The translations under genes and the position numbers were made by a program. 64,000 nucleotides of DNA, taken from contig NC_086118.1 of NCBI RefSeq assembly GCF_963921235.1, forward strand, positions 12,712,001-12,776,000, in the 5' to 3' direction. Source of the DNA: Mobula hypostoma. Lineage: Eukaryota. This document shows, one piece after another, positions 13,297-23,750 of this stretch. The notes under the pieces are model-generated. The model did no database searches and was not told the origin of the DNA. It saw only the letters and a list, made by a program, of their open reading frames with translations. How positions within the stretch are numbered: the stretch's first letter is position 1; every line of letters begins with the position of its first letter.

Positions 13297-14339
13297 GGCA
13301 GGCGGTGACTAGTGGGGTACCGCAAGGCTCAGTGCTGGGACCCCAGTTGTTTACAATATATATTAATGACTTGGATGAGGGAATTAAATGCGGCATCTCC
13401 AAGTTTGCGGATGACACAAAGCTGGGTGGCAGTGTTAGCAGTGAGGAGGATGCTAAGAGGATGCAGGGTGACTTGGATAGGTTGGGTGAGTGGGCAAACT
13501 CATGGCAGATGCAATTTAATGTGGATAAATGTGAAGTTATCCACTTTGGTGGCAAAAATAGGAAAACAGATTATTATCTGAATGGTGGCCGATTAGGAAA
13601 AGGGGAGGTGCAACGAGACCTGGGTGTCATTATACACCAGTCATTGAAAGTGGGCATGCAGGTACAGCAGGCGGTGAAAAAGGCGAACGGTATGCTGGCA
13701 TTTATAGCGAGAGGATTCGAGTACAGGAGCAGGGAGGTACTACTGCAGTTGTACAAGGCCTTGGTGAGACCACACCTGGAGTATTGTGTGCAGTTTTGGT
13801 CCCCTAATCTGAGGAAAGACATCCTTGCCATAGAGGGAGTACAAAGAAGGTTCACCAGATTGATTCCTGGGATGGCAGGTCTTTCATATGAAGAAAGACT
13901 GGATGAACTGGGCTTGTACTCGTTGGAATTTAGAAGATTGAGGGGGGATCTGATTGAAACGTATAAGATCCTAAAGGGATTGACAGGCTAGATGCGGGAA
14001 GATTGTTCCCGATGTTGGGGAGGTCTAGAACGAGGGGTCACAGTTTGAGGATAGAGGGGAAGCCTTTTAGGACCGAGGTTAGGAAAAACTTCTTCACGCA
14101 GAGAGTGGTGAATCTGTGGAATTCTCTGCCACAGCAAACTGTTGAGGCCAGTTCATTAGCTATGTTTAAAAGGAAGTTAGATATGGCCCTTGTGGCTACA
14201 GGGGTCAGGGGGTATGGAGGGAAGGCTGGGTTCTGAGTTGGATGATCAGCCATGATCATAATAAATGGCGGTGCAGGCTCGAAGGGCCGATTGGCCTACT
14301 CCTGCACCTATTTTCTATGTTTCTATGTTTCTATGTTTC
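13297..14339 (+). mobile_element. Young CR1 (family A), 5'-truncated
   Basis: [11 protein letters not shown] and KFADD RT motifs; 1-nt frameshift near 13981; TSD TAATAT (13291-13296 / 14340-14345). Confidence 0.95.
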
Positions 14340-14646
14340 TAATATTATTCACAATCTATCTTCCTTAGCATGGGTAAAGTTGACTAAACATGTCTTTAGA
14401 ATAAAGTTAAGATTTTATCTCAGACAGGAATTTTCCCGCATCTTATTGGCTGTGTGTCAAGACATCACATGGAAGGAAGCACCAGCAATACTTTATCTCT
14501 ATAAGTAGCTCTTGGAGAAAAAGGTTCAAATAATCCTGCTTTAAACACCAACAAACAGGAATTCTGCAGATGCTGGAAATTCAAGCAACATACATCAAAG
14601 TTGCTGGTGAACGCAGCAGGCCAAGCAGCATCTATAGGAAGAGGTA

Positions 14647-14684
14647 CAGTCGACGTTTCAGGCCGAGACCCTTCGTCAGGACTA
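14647..14684 (-). ncRNA. Minimal type I hammerhead ribozyme, mirror copy
   Basis: Exact reverse complement of 14703-14740. Confidence 0.8.
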
Positions 14685-14702
14685 ACTGGTTCCAGTTCCA
14701 GT

Positions 14703-14740
14703 TAGTCCTGACGAAGGGTCTCGGCCTGAAACGTCGACTG
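14703..14740 (+). ncRNA. Minimal type I hammerhead ribozyme, intact core
   Basis: Stem I TAGTC/GACTG; CTGACGA 14708-14714; stem II GGGT-CTCG-GCCT; GAAA 14728-14731; predicted GUC cleavage after 14735. Confidence 0.8.
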
Positions 14741-15891
14741 TACCTCTTCCTATAGATGCTGCTTGGCCTGCTGCGTTCACCAGCAACTTTGATGTATGCT
14801 GCTTTAAACACCACTTGTTTTCGTGATTTGGTTAATTAATTATAATTGCATTGATTTATTTGGAGTATAGCACCTGATCCTGAATTTTACACCATACCAA
14901 CCACACTAACGTCAAATTATATGGTTGTTGGTTTAGCTTAGTTGGAATTTACTGTGCTTACAAAACGCCTGATTTGTTTCCAGCACTAGACTGTGCTCAA
15001 TCTATTCAAATACTTTATAGATCAGAGATGCATTCAGGGCAGATATAATATCAATCCATGTACTCAGCATAAATCAAGTTCAGTAATCTGGGATGCAACA
15101 GGATTAAATTGCAAAACAGCAAAATTCAATATAACGTCTTCCACAGCCCAACCCTACAAAAGACACTGTATTGTGACATTGAATCAGACACAGTGTCCTT
15201 GTCTGTGTGAAGACAATTATGCTCACAGTATATAAGCCAGATAATGTGATCCCATTTAAAACCTGCCTGAATGAAATTTGAGTTTTCTCCTGTGGCAGAT
15301 GCTACCTTTACACATGTAAAATGTTAATAAACACCTACTTTATCGATATGCCTTCTTGTGAAAATATACCTCCAAAAATAACAATAATTGTGGAATTCAG
15401 ACTAATGATGAATTAATATTCATGCATCTGATCTTCTCTGACGAGCTGTATCACCGATTAAAACAATTGTCATGGTTTCAAAGTAAAACTGCAGTTGCAC
15501 CATCAAATCATAAACCTCCCCATCCTGATCGGTTCCTGCTGAGCGACTTGAATATTGTTATGCTGCTGGTACAGGGGTGCTGTCACTTCTACCAGTGTCT
15601 CTGCATTGCTGTTACCTGCCAATGAGGTTAACAGAATCCTGCTTGCACACAAAGAATGATAACTATTTAGTGTAAGAACGAGAAGCTCAAATGACTTTTG
15701 TTAACTGAGAGTTTTAAAATGCCCCTTCGATGGCCAGTTGCTTGTCTTCTGTCTGATGGTGTTGCATTGCAGCTGCAGTAAACCCGACAAATCACACCAG
15801 AGAAAGAGAGGCCCTTCAGCCCCCACTGGCTCTATGGAAGAGCTAACTAAATTAGCACCCCCATTTTCCCCATGCACAAGGAAAATTTGCA

Positions 15892-16172
15892 GTGGCACGG
15901 TAGCATAGAAGTTATCACAACACTTTACAGTACCAGCGAACCGAGTTCAATTCCTGCTGCTGTCTGTAAGGAGTTTGCATGTTCTCCCTGTGACTGAGTC
16001 AGTTTCTTGTGGGTGCTTCAGTGTCCTCCCACAGTCCAAAAATGTACCTATCGGTTAGTAAGTTAATTGTCCCACGATTAGGCTAGGATTAAATCGGGGG
16101 TTGTTGGATGGCGTGGTTTGAAGAACTGGAGTAGACTATCTTGTGCTCTATCTCAATAATTAAATTAAATAA
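15892..16172 (+). mobile_element. tRNA-derived V-SINE (HE1-like)
   Basis: A-box-like TAGCATAGAAG, B-box GAGTTCAATTC, V-domain GGAGTTTGCATGTTCTCCC...TCCTCCCACAGTCCAAA, A-rich tail. Confidence 0.75.
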
Positions 16173-16564
16173 ATAATTGTTTTTCTTCTCATTTATGAGA
16201 TTCTCTTCAAAAATCATGACTACATTTTCCATTTTATGCAATGAACTTCATGTTATGAGAGCTCAGTCATAGAATTGCTATCCTTGTTTCATCTTTGCAT
16301 CTTCCGTGCCAGTCTGCCAGTGGAGACCTTTCAGTTCCATACACATTCCACAGACTGCGTTTGTTTCTGAACTTTGCTACCAGCCTTATTTTCCCTGAGA
16401 AAGAGAAGCTCAGGTCCTCCTTTGTCTCCCTAGGGCTAATAACACACATTGTTTTAGTGAACTCTCCTCTGAGACTTTCTCAGGTCTTTTCATCCAGCCT
16501 AAATGTTGTATGCAAAAATGGGCACAGCTCTCTAACTAAGGCTGAAGTGGGGTCATCTATTCAG

Positions 16565-17580
16565 ATTGGAGGTCAGTGACCAGTCATGCGCCTCAGGGAT
16601 CTGTTCTGAGACCCTTACTCTTTGTGATTTTTATAAATGACCTGGATGAGGAAGTGGAGGGATGGGTAAGTAAGTTTGCTGATGACACAAAGGTTGGAGG
16701 TGTTGTGGATAGTGTGGAGGACTGTCAGAGGTTACAGCGGGACATTGATAGGATGCGAAACTGGGCTGAGAAGTGGCAGATGGAGTTCAACCCAGATAAG
16801 TGTGAAGTGGTGCATTTTGGTAGGTCAAATATGATGGCAGAATATAGTATTAATGGTAAGACTTTTGGCAGTGTGGAGGATCAGAGGGATCTTGGGGTCC
16901 GAGTCCATAGGACACTCAAAGCAGCTGCGCAGGTTGACTCGATGGTTAAGAAGGCATACGGTGTATTGGCCTCCATTAATCATGGAATTGAATTTAGGAG
17001 CCGAGAAGTCATGTTGCAGCTATATAGGACCCTGGTCAGATCCCACTTGAAGTACTGTGCTCAGTTCTGGTCGACTCACTACAGGAAGGATGTGGAAACC
17101 ATAGAAAGCGTGCAGAGGAAATTTACAAGAATGTTGCCTGGATTGGGAAGCATGCCTTATGAAAACAGGTTGAGTGAACTCGGCCTTTTCTCCTTGGAGC
17201 GATGGAGGATGAGAGGTGACCTGATAGAGGTGTATAAGTTGATGAGAGTCATTGATCATGTGGATAGTCAGAGGTTTTTTCCCAGGGCTGAAATGGTTGC
17301 CACAAGAGGACACAGGTTTAAGGCGCTGGGGAAAAGGTACAGAGGAGATGTCGGGGGTATGTTTTTTACTCAGAGAGTAGTGAGTGTGTGGAATGGGCTG
17401 CCGGCAACAGTGGTGGAGGCAGATATGATAGAGTCTTTTAAGAGACTTTTGGATAGGTACATGGAGCTTAGAAAAATATAGGGCTATGGGGAAGTCTAGT
17501 AATTTCTAAGGTAGGGACATGTTCGGCACAACTTCGTGGCTGAAGGGCCTGTATTGTGCTGCAGGTTTTCTATGTTTCTA
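16565..17580 (+). mobile_element. CR1 (family B), 5'-truncated, with an open RT C-terminal frame
   Basis: ORF 16576-17481 with PQGSVL, KFADD, WQMEFN; CTATGTTT tail. Confidence 0.95.
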
Positions 17581-17604
17581 GAAATTAGGACATAGAACTG
17601 CATG

Positions 17605-18305
17605 GCAGAGCATTGGCTCCTCTGTAGAGAGAGTTACATGCACAGGTTCCTGGGAGATCACATCACAGATGACCTCACTGGTCCATCAATATCACCTCCC
17701 TGAACAGGAAGGCACAGCAGCGCCTCTACTTCCTAAGGTGATTGAGACAAGCAAGGCTCTCTCATCGCCTATCTTAACTGCATTTTATAGGAGCATCTGA
17801 CAAGTTGCATCTCTGTCTAGTATGAGAACAGCTGGGCATTGGACTGGAAGTCCCTGCAAAGGGCTGTGAGAATGGCTGAGAGGATCTCTACCATCCATCA
17901 GGGACATTTTTATGCAGGACCTTAGTATTAATCAGGTTCCCACTCAACCATTCAGCATCCTCTTTGACTGCCTACCATTGGCAGGAGACTACGATGCATA
18001 AATACTGGAATGGTCAGGATGAAAAACAGTTTCTTTCCGCAGGCCATTAGGCTTCTGAGCTTTCTGCTGCATCACATTCAAAGTGTCACCAGTTAATCTG
18101 TTCTGTACCCTACAATATTTAATTTAAGCCCTTTACTATGTTTATTCATGCATAATTCATTTGTAGACTTCATCCTTACTTTCATCAGTTATATGTGTGT
18201 TACATGTATTACAGTGCTTTTCACGCTGGTTTGGGGAAACATTGTCTTGTTTGAGGGTGTATATGTATATAGTTAAATGATAAAAACTTGCCTTGATTTG
18301 ACTTC
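17605..18305 (+). mobile_element. Decayed Rex1/Babar 3' fragment
   Basis: RFLG..ITDDL, RKAQQRLYFL and NSFFPQAIRLL motifs. Confidence 0.7.
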
Positions 18306-18339
18306 AAACAACCTTTTAACCTACTCCATGATCAATCCA

Positions 18340-18756
18340 ATTGTTCCCTCCTAAATAGTCCATCATTTTCTATTTTTCTTACATTCATTTTCCTATCTAA
18401 GAGTCTTTCAAATATCCCCAATGCATCAGCCTCAGCCACCATCCCCAGCAGTGCATTCCAAATCTGTGTAAGTAAAAACACCTCAGACATCTCCCTTGAA
18501 CCATCCTCCACTCATCTTAATAGAATGGCCGCTGGTATAGCTGTTGTCACTATGGCGGGAAAGGCCACTCGATGTTCACTCCATTTATGCCTCTTATAAT
18601 CTTGTATACCTCTGTCAAGCTGCCACTCGTCCTCCTTTGCTCCAAAGAGAAAAACTTTAGCTAACTCAACCTTTCATCATAAGACATGTTCTCTATTTTG
18701 GTAAATCTCCTCTGCACCCTGTTAAATACTTCCACGTCCTTCCTATAATGAGGCAA
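18340..18756 (-). mobile_element. Decayed CR1 3' fragment
   Basis: PHYRKDVE.FNRVQRRFT and LFSLEQRR-like motifs on the minus strand. Confidence 0.6.
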
Positions 18757-19149
18757 ACATTGTGAAATAATCGGGGCTTTGTTCTGCCACCAGTTTTTTA
18801 AGGTATTATTTCCTTAGCTCTTAGTTTTGGCATCACTAAATGGGTGATGGTGTCATGACAACAGTTCGTTGCTCCTTATAGCTTTCTGTATTCAACAAAG
18901 TTCAAAAGTTTCAGGTAAAGAGCACTCTCTGCATTCTCTACTTACATTTTGATTCTCAGCAAGCACATTATTTTTCTTTGGTCATTTTGGCGAATGATCT
19001 AACACTTCTTTTCACACCTATAATCTATCAGATGCTTTTATTCTTCGATTTGATTGTTTATTTGTTATTTTCTTTGCATTTTAACAATTAATTGTCAGCT
19101 GTTTAGTATGTTTCCTAGTGGTCACAGTATGTATGTGTATGTATATATA

Positions 19150-20333
19150 CAGTGGCATGCAGAAGTTTGGGCACCCCTAGTCAAAATTTCTGTTATTGTG
19201 AATAGTTAAGTGAGTAGAAGATGAACTGATCTCCAAAAGTCATAAAGTTAAAGATGAAACATTCTTTTCAACATTTTAAGCAAGATTAGTGTATTATTTT
19301 TGTTTTGTACAATTTTAAAGTGAAAAAAAGGAAGGGAGCACCGTGCAAAAGTTTGGCCACCCCAAGAGATTTGAGCTCTCAGATAACTTTTACCAAGGTT
19401 TCAGACCTTAATTAACCCGTAGGGCTATGGCTTGTTCACAGTCATCGTTAGGAAAGGCCAAGTGATGCAAATTTCAAAGCTTTATAAATACCCTGACTCC
19501 TCAAACATTGTCCCAACAATCAGCAGCCCTGGGCTCCTCTAAGCAGCTGCTGAGCACTCTGAAAATTAAAATAAATGGTGCCCACAAAGCAGGAGAAGGT
19601 TATAAGAAGATAACAAAGTGTTTTCAGGTAGCTGTTTCCTAAGTTCGTAATGTAATTAAGAAATGGCAGTTAACAGGAACGGTGGAGGTCAAGTTGAGGT
19701 CTGGAAGACTAAGAAAACTTTCCAAGAGAACTGCTCGTAGGATTGCTAGAAAGGCAAATCAAAACTTCCGTTTGACTACAAAAGACCTTCAGGAAGATTT
19801 AGCAGACTCTGGAGTGGTGGTGCACTGTTCTACTGTGCAGCGACACCTGCACAAATATGACCTTCATGGAAGAGTCATCAGATGAAAACCTTTCCTGCAT
19901 CCTCACCACAAAATTCAGAGTCAGAAGTTTGCAAAAGAACATCTAAACACGACTGATGCATTTTGGAAACAAGTCCTGTGGACTGATGAAGTTAAAATAG
20001 AACTTTTTGGCGGCAATGAGCAAAGGTATGTTTGGAGGAAAAAAGGTGCAGAATTTCATGAAAAGAACACCTCTCCAACTGTTAAGCACGGGGGTGGATC
20101 GATCATGCTTTGGGCTTGTGTTGCAGCCAGTGGCACAGGGAACATTTCACTAGTAGAGGGAAGAATGAATTCAATTAAATACCAGCAAATTCTGGAAGCA
20201 AACATCACACCATCTGTAAAAAAGCTGAAGATGAAAAGAAGATGGTTTCTCCAACAGGATAATGATAAACACACGTCAAAATCCACAATGGACTACCTCA
20301 AGGGTTGCAAGCTGAAGGTTTTGCATGCCACTG
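19150..20333 (+). mobile_element. Tc1 DNA transposon with a pseudogenised, 3'-deleted transposase
   Basis: TA-flanked ends CAGTGGCATGCA / TGCATGCCACTG; inner direct repeat GCAAAAGTTTGGCCACCC. Transposase about 19529-20324 with WTDE, KHGGGSIMLW and QQDND; it has stops, and the start codon appears mutated. Confidence 0.92.
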
Positions 20334-20479
20334 TATATGTATGTGTATGTGTGTATGCATGTATATGTATGTGCATATATGTATATGTATGTATGTGTAT
20401 TTGTGTATGTATATATGTGTAAATGTATGTGTGCATGTATATATGTGCATATGTATGTGTGTGTGTGTATGTATCTGTA
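20334..20479. repeat. Compound (TG/TA/TGTA)n microsatellite
   Basis: Low-complexity run; related segments at 19127-19149, 23669-23750 and 26687-26715. Confidence 0.95.
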
Positions 20480-21402
20480 CAGTTGACATCAGAAATTTGC
20501 ATACACCTTAGCCAAATGCATTTAAGCTAAGTCTTTCACAATTCCTGATATTTAATCCTCGAAAACATCCCCTGTCTTAGGTCAGTTAGGATCACTACTT
20601 TATTTTAAGAATGTGAAATGTCAGAATAATAGTAGAGAGAATGATTTATTTCAGCTTTTATTTCTTTCATCACTTTCCCAGGGGTCAGAAGTTTACATAC
20701 ACTTTTTTAGTATTTGGTAGCATTGCCTTTAAATTGTTTATCTTGGGTCAAATGTTTTGGGTAGCCTTCCACAAGCTTCTCACAGCAAGTTGCTGGAATT
20801 TTGTTCCTTTCCTCCAGACAGAACTGGTGTAACTGAGTCAGGTTTGTAGGCCTCCTTGCTTGCGCACGCTTTTTCAGTTCTGCCCACATATTTTCTATCA
20901 GAATGAGGTCAGGACTTTGTGATGGTCACTACAATACCTTGACTTTGTTGTCCTTAAGCAATTTTGCCACAACTTTGGAGGTATGCTTGGGGTCATTGTC
21001 CATTTGGAAGACCCATTTGCGACCGAGCTTTAACTTACTGGCTGATGTCTTGAGATGTTGCTTCAATATATCCACATAATTTTCCTTCCTTCCATGATGC
21101 CACCTATTTTGTGAAGTGCACCAGTCCCTCCTGCAGCAAAGCACCCCCACAACATGATGCTGCCACCCCATGCTTCATGGTTGGGATGGTGTTCTTCGGC
21201 TTGCAAGCCTCATCCTTTTTCCTCCAAACATAACAATGGTCATTATGGCCAAACAGTTCAATTTTTGTTTCATCAGACCAGAGGACATTTCTCCAAAAAG
21301 TAAGATCTTTGTCCGCATGTGCACTTGCAAACTGTAGTCTAGCTTTTTTATGGCGTTTTTGGAGCAGTGGCTTCTTCCTTGCTGAGCAACCTTTCAGGTT
21401 AT

Positions 21403-21596
21403 AGAAACAAAGAAACATAGAAAATAGGTGCAGGAGTAGGCCATTCGGCCCTTCGAGCCTGCACCGCCATTTATTATGATCATGGCTGATCATCCAACTC
21501 AGAACCCCGCCCCAGCCTTCCCTCCATACCCACTGACCCCCGTAGCCACAAGGGCCATATCTAACTCCCTCTTAAACATAGCCAATGAACTGGCCT
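21403..21596 (-). mobile_element. Young CR1 (family A) 3' stub inserted in the SB transposase
   Basis: Family A 3' UTR and tail; TSD GTTAT (21398-21402 / 21597-21601). Confidence 0.9.
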
Positions 21597-22215
21597 GTTA
21601 TGTGGATATAGGACTTGTTTTACTGTGGATATAGATACTTGTCTATGTGTTTCCTCCAGCATGTTCACAAGGTTGTTCTGGGATTAATTTGCACTTTTCG
21701 AGCCAAAGTACATTCATCTCTAGGAGACAGAATGCATCTCCTTCCTGTGCGATACGACGGCTGCGTGGTTCCATAGTGTTTATACTTGTGTACTATTGTT
21801 TGTACAGATGAACATGGTACCTTCAGGCGTTTGGAAATTGCTCCTAAGGATGAACCAGACTTGACATTATTTACTGTCCTCAATCCATAGAAAATTTGTG
21901 GGCAGGACTGAAAAAGCATGTGCGAGCAAGGAGGCCTACAAACCTGCCTCAGTTACACCAGTTCTGTCTGGAGGAATGGAACAAACTTCCAGCAACTTAC
22001 TGTGAAAAGTTTGTGGAAGGCAACCCAAAATGTTTGACCTAAGTTAAAGAATTTAAAGGCAATGCTATCAAATATTAACAAAGTGTATGTAAACTTCTGA
22101 CCCACTGGGAAAGTGATGAAAGAAATAAAAGCTGAAATAAATCATTCTCTCTACTATTATTCTGACATTTCACATTCTAAAAATAAAGTAGTGATCCTAA
22201 CTGACCTAAGACAGG

Positions 22216-23568
22216 CAATACACATAAAAAATGCTGGTGAACACAGCAGGCCAGGCAGCATATATAGGAAGCGGTAGAGTCGATGTTTCAGGCTGAAACC
22301 CTTCATTTTCAACCCTCCTCCTCTTCATGGACACCCCTCTCTGGTCTTCTGCCTGCTCTCGATCTCTTTATTGCGAACTGCCAACGGGATATCAACCATC
22401 TCGACTTCACCACACCTTGTTCCCATTCCAACCTCACTCCTTCCGAACACTCTGCTCTCCACTCCCTCAGTACTGATCCTCATCTTACTATAAAACCCGC
22501 CGATAAGGAGGTGCTGTTGTAGTCTGGCGTACTGACCTCTACCTTGCCGAGGCATAGCAACAACTCGTGGATCCTCCTCTTATTTACCCCATGATCATGG
22601 CCCCACTAAGGAGCACCAGGCCATTGTCTCCTACACCATCACCAACTTTATCAGCTCAGAGGATCTCCCATCCACTGCTACCAACCTTATAGTTCCCACA
22701 CCTTGCACTTCCCGTTTCTACCTTCTACCCAAGATCCACAAACCTGTCTGTCCAGGTAGACCCATTGTCTCAACTTGCTCCTGCCCCACCAAACTCATTT
22801 CTGCATACCTCAACACTATTTTATCCCCCATTGTTCAATCCCTTCCTACCTATGTTCGTGACACTTCTCAAGCTCTGAATATTTTCAATGATCTTAAGTT
22901 CCCTGGCCCCCACTCCTTTATTTTCACCATGGATGTCCAGTCCCTATATACTTCCATCCCCCATCAGGAAGGTCTCAAAGCTCTCCGCTTCTTTTTGGAT
23001 TCCAGACCTAACCAGTTCCCCTCTACCACCACTCTCCTCCGTCTAGCGGAATTAGTCCTTACTCTTAATAATTTCTTCTTTGGCTCCTTCCACTTCCTCC
23101 AAACTAAAGGTGTAGCCATGGGCACCCGTATGGGTCCCAGCTATGCCTGCCTTTTTGTTGGATTTGTGGAACAATCCATATTCCAAGCCTATACTGGTAT
23201 CTGTCCCCCACTTTTCCTTCGCTGCATTGGTGCTGCTTCCTGCACGCATGCTGAGCTCGTTGACTTCATTAACTTTGCCTCCAACTTTCACCCTGCCCTC
23301 AAGTTTACCTGGTCCATTTCCGACACCTCCCTCCCCTTTCTAGATCTTTCAGTCTCTATCTCTGGAGACAGATTATCTACTGATGTCTACTATAAACCTA
23401 CGGACTTTCTTCTCTTTCTTGAGAAAACAGTCCTTGTGAAGTGTCTTGGCCCGAAACGTTGACTGTACCTCTTCCTATAGATGCTGCCTGGCCTGCTGCA
23501 TTCACCAGCACTTTTTATGTGTGTTGCTTGAATTTCCAGCATCTGCAGATTTCCTTGTGTTTATGATA
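22216..23568 (+). mobile_element. Penelope-like element (RT body, inverted 5' pseudo-LTR, GIY-YIG deleted) inserted in the SB IR
   Basis: IKPADK, FYLLPKIHKP, MDVQSLYTSIPH, GVAMGTRMGPSYA, LPFLDL motifs; inverted termini; TSD TAAGACAGG (22207-22215 / 23569-23577). Confidence 0.92.
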
Positions 23569-23750
23569 TAAGACAGGGAATGTTTTCTAGGATTAAATGT
23601 CAGGAATTGTGAAAAACTGAGTTTAAGTGTATTTGGCTAAGGTGTATGTTACCTTCTGACTTCAACTGTATGTGTGTATGTATATGTATGTGTATGTATA
23701 TGTGTATGTGTGTGTGTGTGTGTACGTATATATCTATGTACATCTAGATA

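Larger units (their letters stand above)
14551..14798. mobile_element. Penelope-derived palindromic mini-element (inverted pseudo-LTRs)
   Basis: Perfect 101-bp inverted repeat (14589-14689 / 14698-14798) with an 8-nt loop; 15-bp direct flanking duplication CTGCTTTAAACACCA (14536-14550 / 14799-14813). Confidence 0.9.
20480..23668 (-). mobile_element. Sleeping Beauty-family Tc1 element, rearranged with two right IR/DR ends
   Basis: Ends TA|CAGTTGA...TCAACTG|TA. Minus-strand transposase KSGSSLGAISKRLKVP...WSDETKIELFGHND...QMDNDPKHTSK...KGNATKY (20707-21863). Plus-strand duplicate of the C-terminus and right IR/DR from 21878. Confidence 0.92.

Noticed and set aside
14570..14814. Two ORFs with near-identical peptides on opposite strands
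   Set aside because: A consequence of the DNA palindrome; no evidence of coding.
15500..15625. Possible host terminal exon on the minus strand (NSNAETLVEVTAPLYQQHNN...)
   Set aside because: An acceptor-like AG is present, but I recognise no protein and find no partner exons.
15892..15965. tRNA gene
   Set aside because: A/B-box-like head without a cloverleaf, followed by the V-SINE core.
20293..20511. His/Thr/Tyr- and Cys/Val/Met-rich ORFs
   Set aside because: Microsatellite translations.
23672..23750. N-terminus of the 703-aa ORF (MCMYMYVYV...)
   Set aside because: Translation of the microsatellite read in frame with CR1 ORF2.
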